This document shows, piece after piece, positions 60,927 to 64,000 of a stretch of 64,000 nt of DNA; position 1 is the first letter of the stretch, and each line of letters begins with the position of its first letter. A model generated the notes under the pieces. The model was not told the origin of the DNA. It did no database searches and saw only the letters and a program-made list of their open reading frames with translations. The stretch lies in the NCBI GenBank assembly GCA_035473115.1, contig DATION010000005.1, forward strand, positions 86,339-150,338, given 5' to 3'. This DNA comes from Candidatus Udaeobacter sp. (GTDB lineage Bacteria; Patescibacteriota; Patescibacteriia; Magasanikbacterales; GWA2-37-8). Made by a program: the position numbers and the translations under genes.

Positions 60927-61718
60927 ATGCTAGAGAATAAAAACTTACAGATAAACTTAAGAAAAATTGGCTTGAGCGAAAAAGAAGCTGCTATTTATAG
61001 CGCCGTTCTCGATCTTGGTTTTGCTTTTCCTTCAAAAATTGCCGAGATTACCAAGCTCAATCGCAGCACTGTTTATAAAATTTTAATGAACCTCTCGGTC
61101 AAAGGGCTACTGACAGAAATTGAAAAAAACAAAAAGATCTGCTACCAAATTGAACGGCCGCAAAAACTAATGTTATTTGCCAAAGAACAAGTTTCTTTGG
61201 CTGAAGACCGTTTAGAAGAAACAAAAAAAATTATCCCCAACATAGAGGGATTATTTTCCGCTATCAGCAACAAACCCAAGGTGCGTTTTTTTGAAGGCTT
61301 GGATGGAATTCTAAATGTTTATGAAGACCATATCAGTGAAACTGAGCCATATGAAATGCTGGGCTATAGCAATGTGGAAGAACTGATGAAAGTTATGCCT
61401 GAACCGTTTAAAAAAAAGTATATAAAAGCCAAAGAAAAAAATGAAATAACTGCTCGAGGTATTTTCCCCAACAATCAATTTGGGATTGATTACGGCAAGA
61501 AAATTTATCAAGAAACTAACAAAAAGTTTTGGCCAAAAATACGATTTATTCCGGCTGATCAATTCCCTTTTAAGGGCGAGGTCACGATCTATGGAAAAAA
61601 TAAAGTGTCCATTATAGACTTTCACGAAAATTTTTTGATCGGCATTATAATTGAAGACTTAACAATAGCCGGTATGATGCGAATGATTTTTGAGTTAGCC
61701 TGGAAGGGAGCGATATAA
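60927..61718 (+). CDS. TrmB-family transcriptional regulator
   Basis: GLSEKEA.IY, NRSTVY, PKVRFFEG..G and IYGKNKV motifs. Confidence 0.9.
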   Translation: MLENKNLQINLRKIGLSEKEAAIYSAVLDLGFAFPSKIAEITKLNRSTVYKILMNLSVKGLLTEIEKNKKICYQIERPQKLMLFAKEQVSLAEDRLEETKKIIPNIEGLFSAISNKPKVRFFEGLDGILNVYEDHISETEPYEMLGYSNVEELMKVMPEPFKKKYIKAKEKNEITARGIFPNNQFGIDYGKKIYQETNKKFWPKIRFIPADQFPFKGEVTIYGKNKVSIIDFHENFLIGIIIEDLTIAGMMRMIFELAWKGAI

Positions 61719-61727
61719 TTAGCAATT

Positions 61728-62333
61728 CTATTCCCTATCGGTAAATACAACCAAACGCTGAGAATATTGCTTGGAACGCTTATTCCATACTCCAACACAA
61801 GTAATCAAATTCAAGTGCGCGAGATCATCATCGGCGCTAAAAACTTCCGAGGTATCATCTTTGATACTATATACACGTACCTTACGCACTACAAACGAAA
61901 TCGTAACTCCATTATTATCTTTTACAAAAATTTTATCTCCCGGTTTTAATTTATTTAAATTAGCAAATACGGCAGTGGCTCCACTATACCAATTAACATG
62001 CCCGGCCATTACCGCGCTGCCAATCTCTCCGGGACGAACACCTAAATTAAACCAAGCAACATCACTGGGAATTTTCGGTGCGCCCATTGATTTATCTTTT
62101 GTCAAACCAACATTTTCAACACTAGCGTTAACTTTTAATTTTGGAATCTGCAAACGAACCGGCAATCCTATAACTGGCTTTACTGGTATTGTACTTAGTA
62201 AAGCTGGTAACTTCATATCAGAACCTTGAACCGGCCGATTAAAATTTGGCAAAAAAATAATTATTACAGAAAATATAACCGTTGCGATACTACCAATAAA
62301 TACTGGCGGTTTTAGAGAAATTTTCAATCGCAT
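61728..62333 (-). CDS. Class F sortase
   Basis: P.RLQIP, PGE.GSAVMAGH, LNLITC and RLVV catalytic residues. Confidence 0.92.
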   Translation of the reverse strand: MRLKISLKPPVFIGSIATVIFSVIIIFLPNFNRPVQGSDMKLPALLSTIPVKPVIGLPVRLQIPKLKVNASVENVGLTKDKSMGAPKIPSDVAWFNLGVRPGEIGSAVMAGHVNWYSGATAVFANLNKLKPGDKIFVKDNNGVTISFVVRKVRVYSIKDDTSEVFSADDDLAHLNLITCVGVWNKRSKQYSQRLVVFTDRE

Positions 62334-62420
62334 AAATTTGAGCAAAGATTCACAATCACAAGAGCCAGACAAAAAACCGTCTGACTCTCATTGTTTATAA
62401 GTCCTTACTTAAAACTAAAT

Positions 62421-63998
62421 TTATAATGATTTTTTTCTGCGAATTACGAAGAACAAACCTGAGCCTGCCAAAAGTATGCCTGTTGATATTTCCCATAAAA
62501 TATTTGCACTGGAACCAACGCCTGTGTTTGGCACTTTGGGAACTGCCACCACAACAGTAGCGATGGCAAAATCTCTAATTGTTAAACCATTGGCTTCACC
62601 TCTGGCTATAACAGTATTGACAGTTGTTCTGGTTAATCTTGACTGACAACTAAAGGTCCAAGTTTCGGAAGGATCAAGCATTAAATTCCCGTCTGTATCA
62701 CCGGAAATATATTTTACCGGACTGCATTTATTATCGGTGAGACGAACATTGGTTAGCGGAACTAAACCCGGATTAGTAACTTCGTCGGTATAGGTCACCA
62801 TTCCTCCTCCAGCATCCAGAGCTAATGGATTAGGAACTTTGGTTACATGGATTAACGGTGGTACTATCGATTGACCAACCACAACATTGGCACTAGCGAT
62901 ATCTACCGCGCTAATACCATTTGCCCAACCAGTGGCTACAACTGTATTGGTATGAGTTTCGGATAATTGGGTGGTACATGTATAAATCCAGGTTTCATTA
63001 ACATCAAGTCTTCCATCATTATTTGTGTCACCAGAAATTAAACTCACCGGAGCGCAGGTATCTCCAACCATAGTAACATCAGTCATCGGCACTGTGCCAA
63101 TATTACGAACTGTATAAGTATAAGTGACATTTCCCGGACCATTTGGCAATGCCAATGGATTAGGAACTTTAACTACATCAATCAGCGGCGGCACTACCGG
63201 AACTAAAGGCGAACCAATATCATTGTTGGTGATGATACAAAATATGTTGCCCCCTTTATACAAACCAAACTGTCCGTTAGCATCACAGTCACCAGAAAAT
63301 GATCTGGTATACCCAGAAGAAGTAACTTCGGTTACAGAATATAGACCGGCAGGTGCTGGAAAATTATTAGTTTGGCCAGATCCGACTAAAGTACCATTAA
63401 CAAATAATGGAAAATCACTAATAGTTTTAGTGCCATTATTATCATTGATAACGACTTTGACAACATTTACCGTACCTCGACCTGGACTGCTGCCACCAAC
63501 AACAGTTGCTGGAGCGGAATTACAAGTTGGCCCAGAAATTGTGGTTGGAGTGCCATTTAATACCAAAGAACTAGTGAGTGAAATAGCTCGACCATTAACA
63601 TTGGCACCGGAAGCAAAAGTGATATCGCGAGAAGCGATAAGAGTTCCAACAAAATTACTGCCAGAACCGATAGTTGCATCCCGGCCAACTTGCCAAAATA
63701 CATGACAGGCTTGAGCGTTGCCAGCCAACACTACAGAACCAGTAAAGGTCATATCTTGTCCAACTTGAAAGACCCAAACATCATCAAAGCCACCATCAAG
63801 AGTAATTGTTCCAGTAAATGTAGTATCTAAAGCTACCGTCCAAACTCCTGGTATCGGACTCCATGGACTGCTTCCCCATCCACCACTAGTGGTTTGACCT
63901 GCTAAATTATTAAACGCGCTTAAAGCATCAGTTTGAGCAGTTTGAGAAAGACCACCCGTACCAAAATATTCTGTGCCTAAAACTGTCCAAGTACCAGT
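62421..63998 (-). CDS. Sortase-anchored ice-binding-like (DUF3494) surface protein with Ig-like repeats (5'-truncated by window edge)
   Basis: WVFQVG...VFWQVG.DATIG...FVGTLIA...GR beta-solenoid; C-terminal VPNTG, TM and RRKK; frame open to the right edge. Confidence 0.85.
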   Translation of the reverse strand, partial: TGTWTVLGTEYFGTGGLSQTAQTDALSAFNNLAGQTTSGGWGSSPWSPIPGVWTVALDTTFTGTITLDGGFDDVWVFQVGQDMTFTGSVVLAGNAQACHVFWQVGRDATIGSGSNFVGTLIASRDITFASGANVNGRAISLTSSLVLNGTPTTISGPTCNSAPATVVGGSSPGRGTVNVVKVVINDNNGTKTISDFPLFVNGTLVGSGQTNNFPAPAGLYSVTEVTSSGYTRSFSGDCDANGQFGLYKGGNIFCIITNNDIGSPLVPVVPPLIDVVKVPNPLALPNGPGNVTYTYTVRNIGTVPMTDVTMVGDTCAPVSLISGDTNNDGRLDVNETWIYTCTTQLSETHTNTVVATGWANGISAVDIASANVVVGQSIVPPLIHVTKVPNPLALDAGGGMVTYTDEVTNPGLVPLTNVRLTDNKCSPVKYISGDTDGNLMLDPSETWTFSCQSRLTRTTVNTVIARGEANGLTIRDFAIATVVVAVPKVPNTGVGSSANILWEISTGILLAGSGLFFVIRRKKSL

Positions 63999-64000
63999 TC

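Overview
AT-rich bacterial chromosomal window, genetic code 11. The gene style suggests a CPR/Patescibacteria genome, possibly Magasanikbacteria-like (inference). Housekeeping genes: nusB (partial), rnc, pnp, rpsO, glmS, galU, nrdJ with a PduO-type adenosyltransferase, and ruvB. RNA genes: 8 ordinary tRNAs and a 23S-5S rRNA unit with no linked 16S; the 23S has a helix-45 intervening sequence and a reduced H78. Accessory content: a three-gene split ATP-citrate lyase, two beta/CsoSCA-like carbonic anhydrase homologues, nine VirB2/TrbC-like pilin paralogues, a type IV minor-pilin cluster, large surface proteins, and a class F sortase beside an ice-binding-like substrate. The most unusual locus is a ~1.02-kb cassette between nrdJ and ruvB, bounded by a duplicated promoter plus DnaA box. 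It holds three tandem structured RNA units: a four-way-junction RNA, a tRNA-like stem enclosing a 46-aa ORF, and a tRNA-Thr(UGU) with a 32-nt variable arm. A strong antisense promoter faces them. Also seen: several unannotated microproteins, a gene interrupted by a single in-frame TAG, and several families of covarying intergenic hairpins. All product calls come from motif recognition; no database searches were run.
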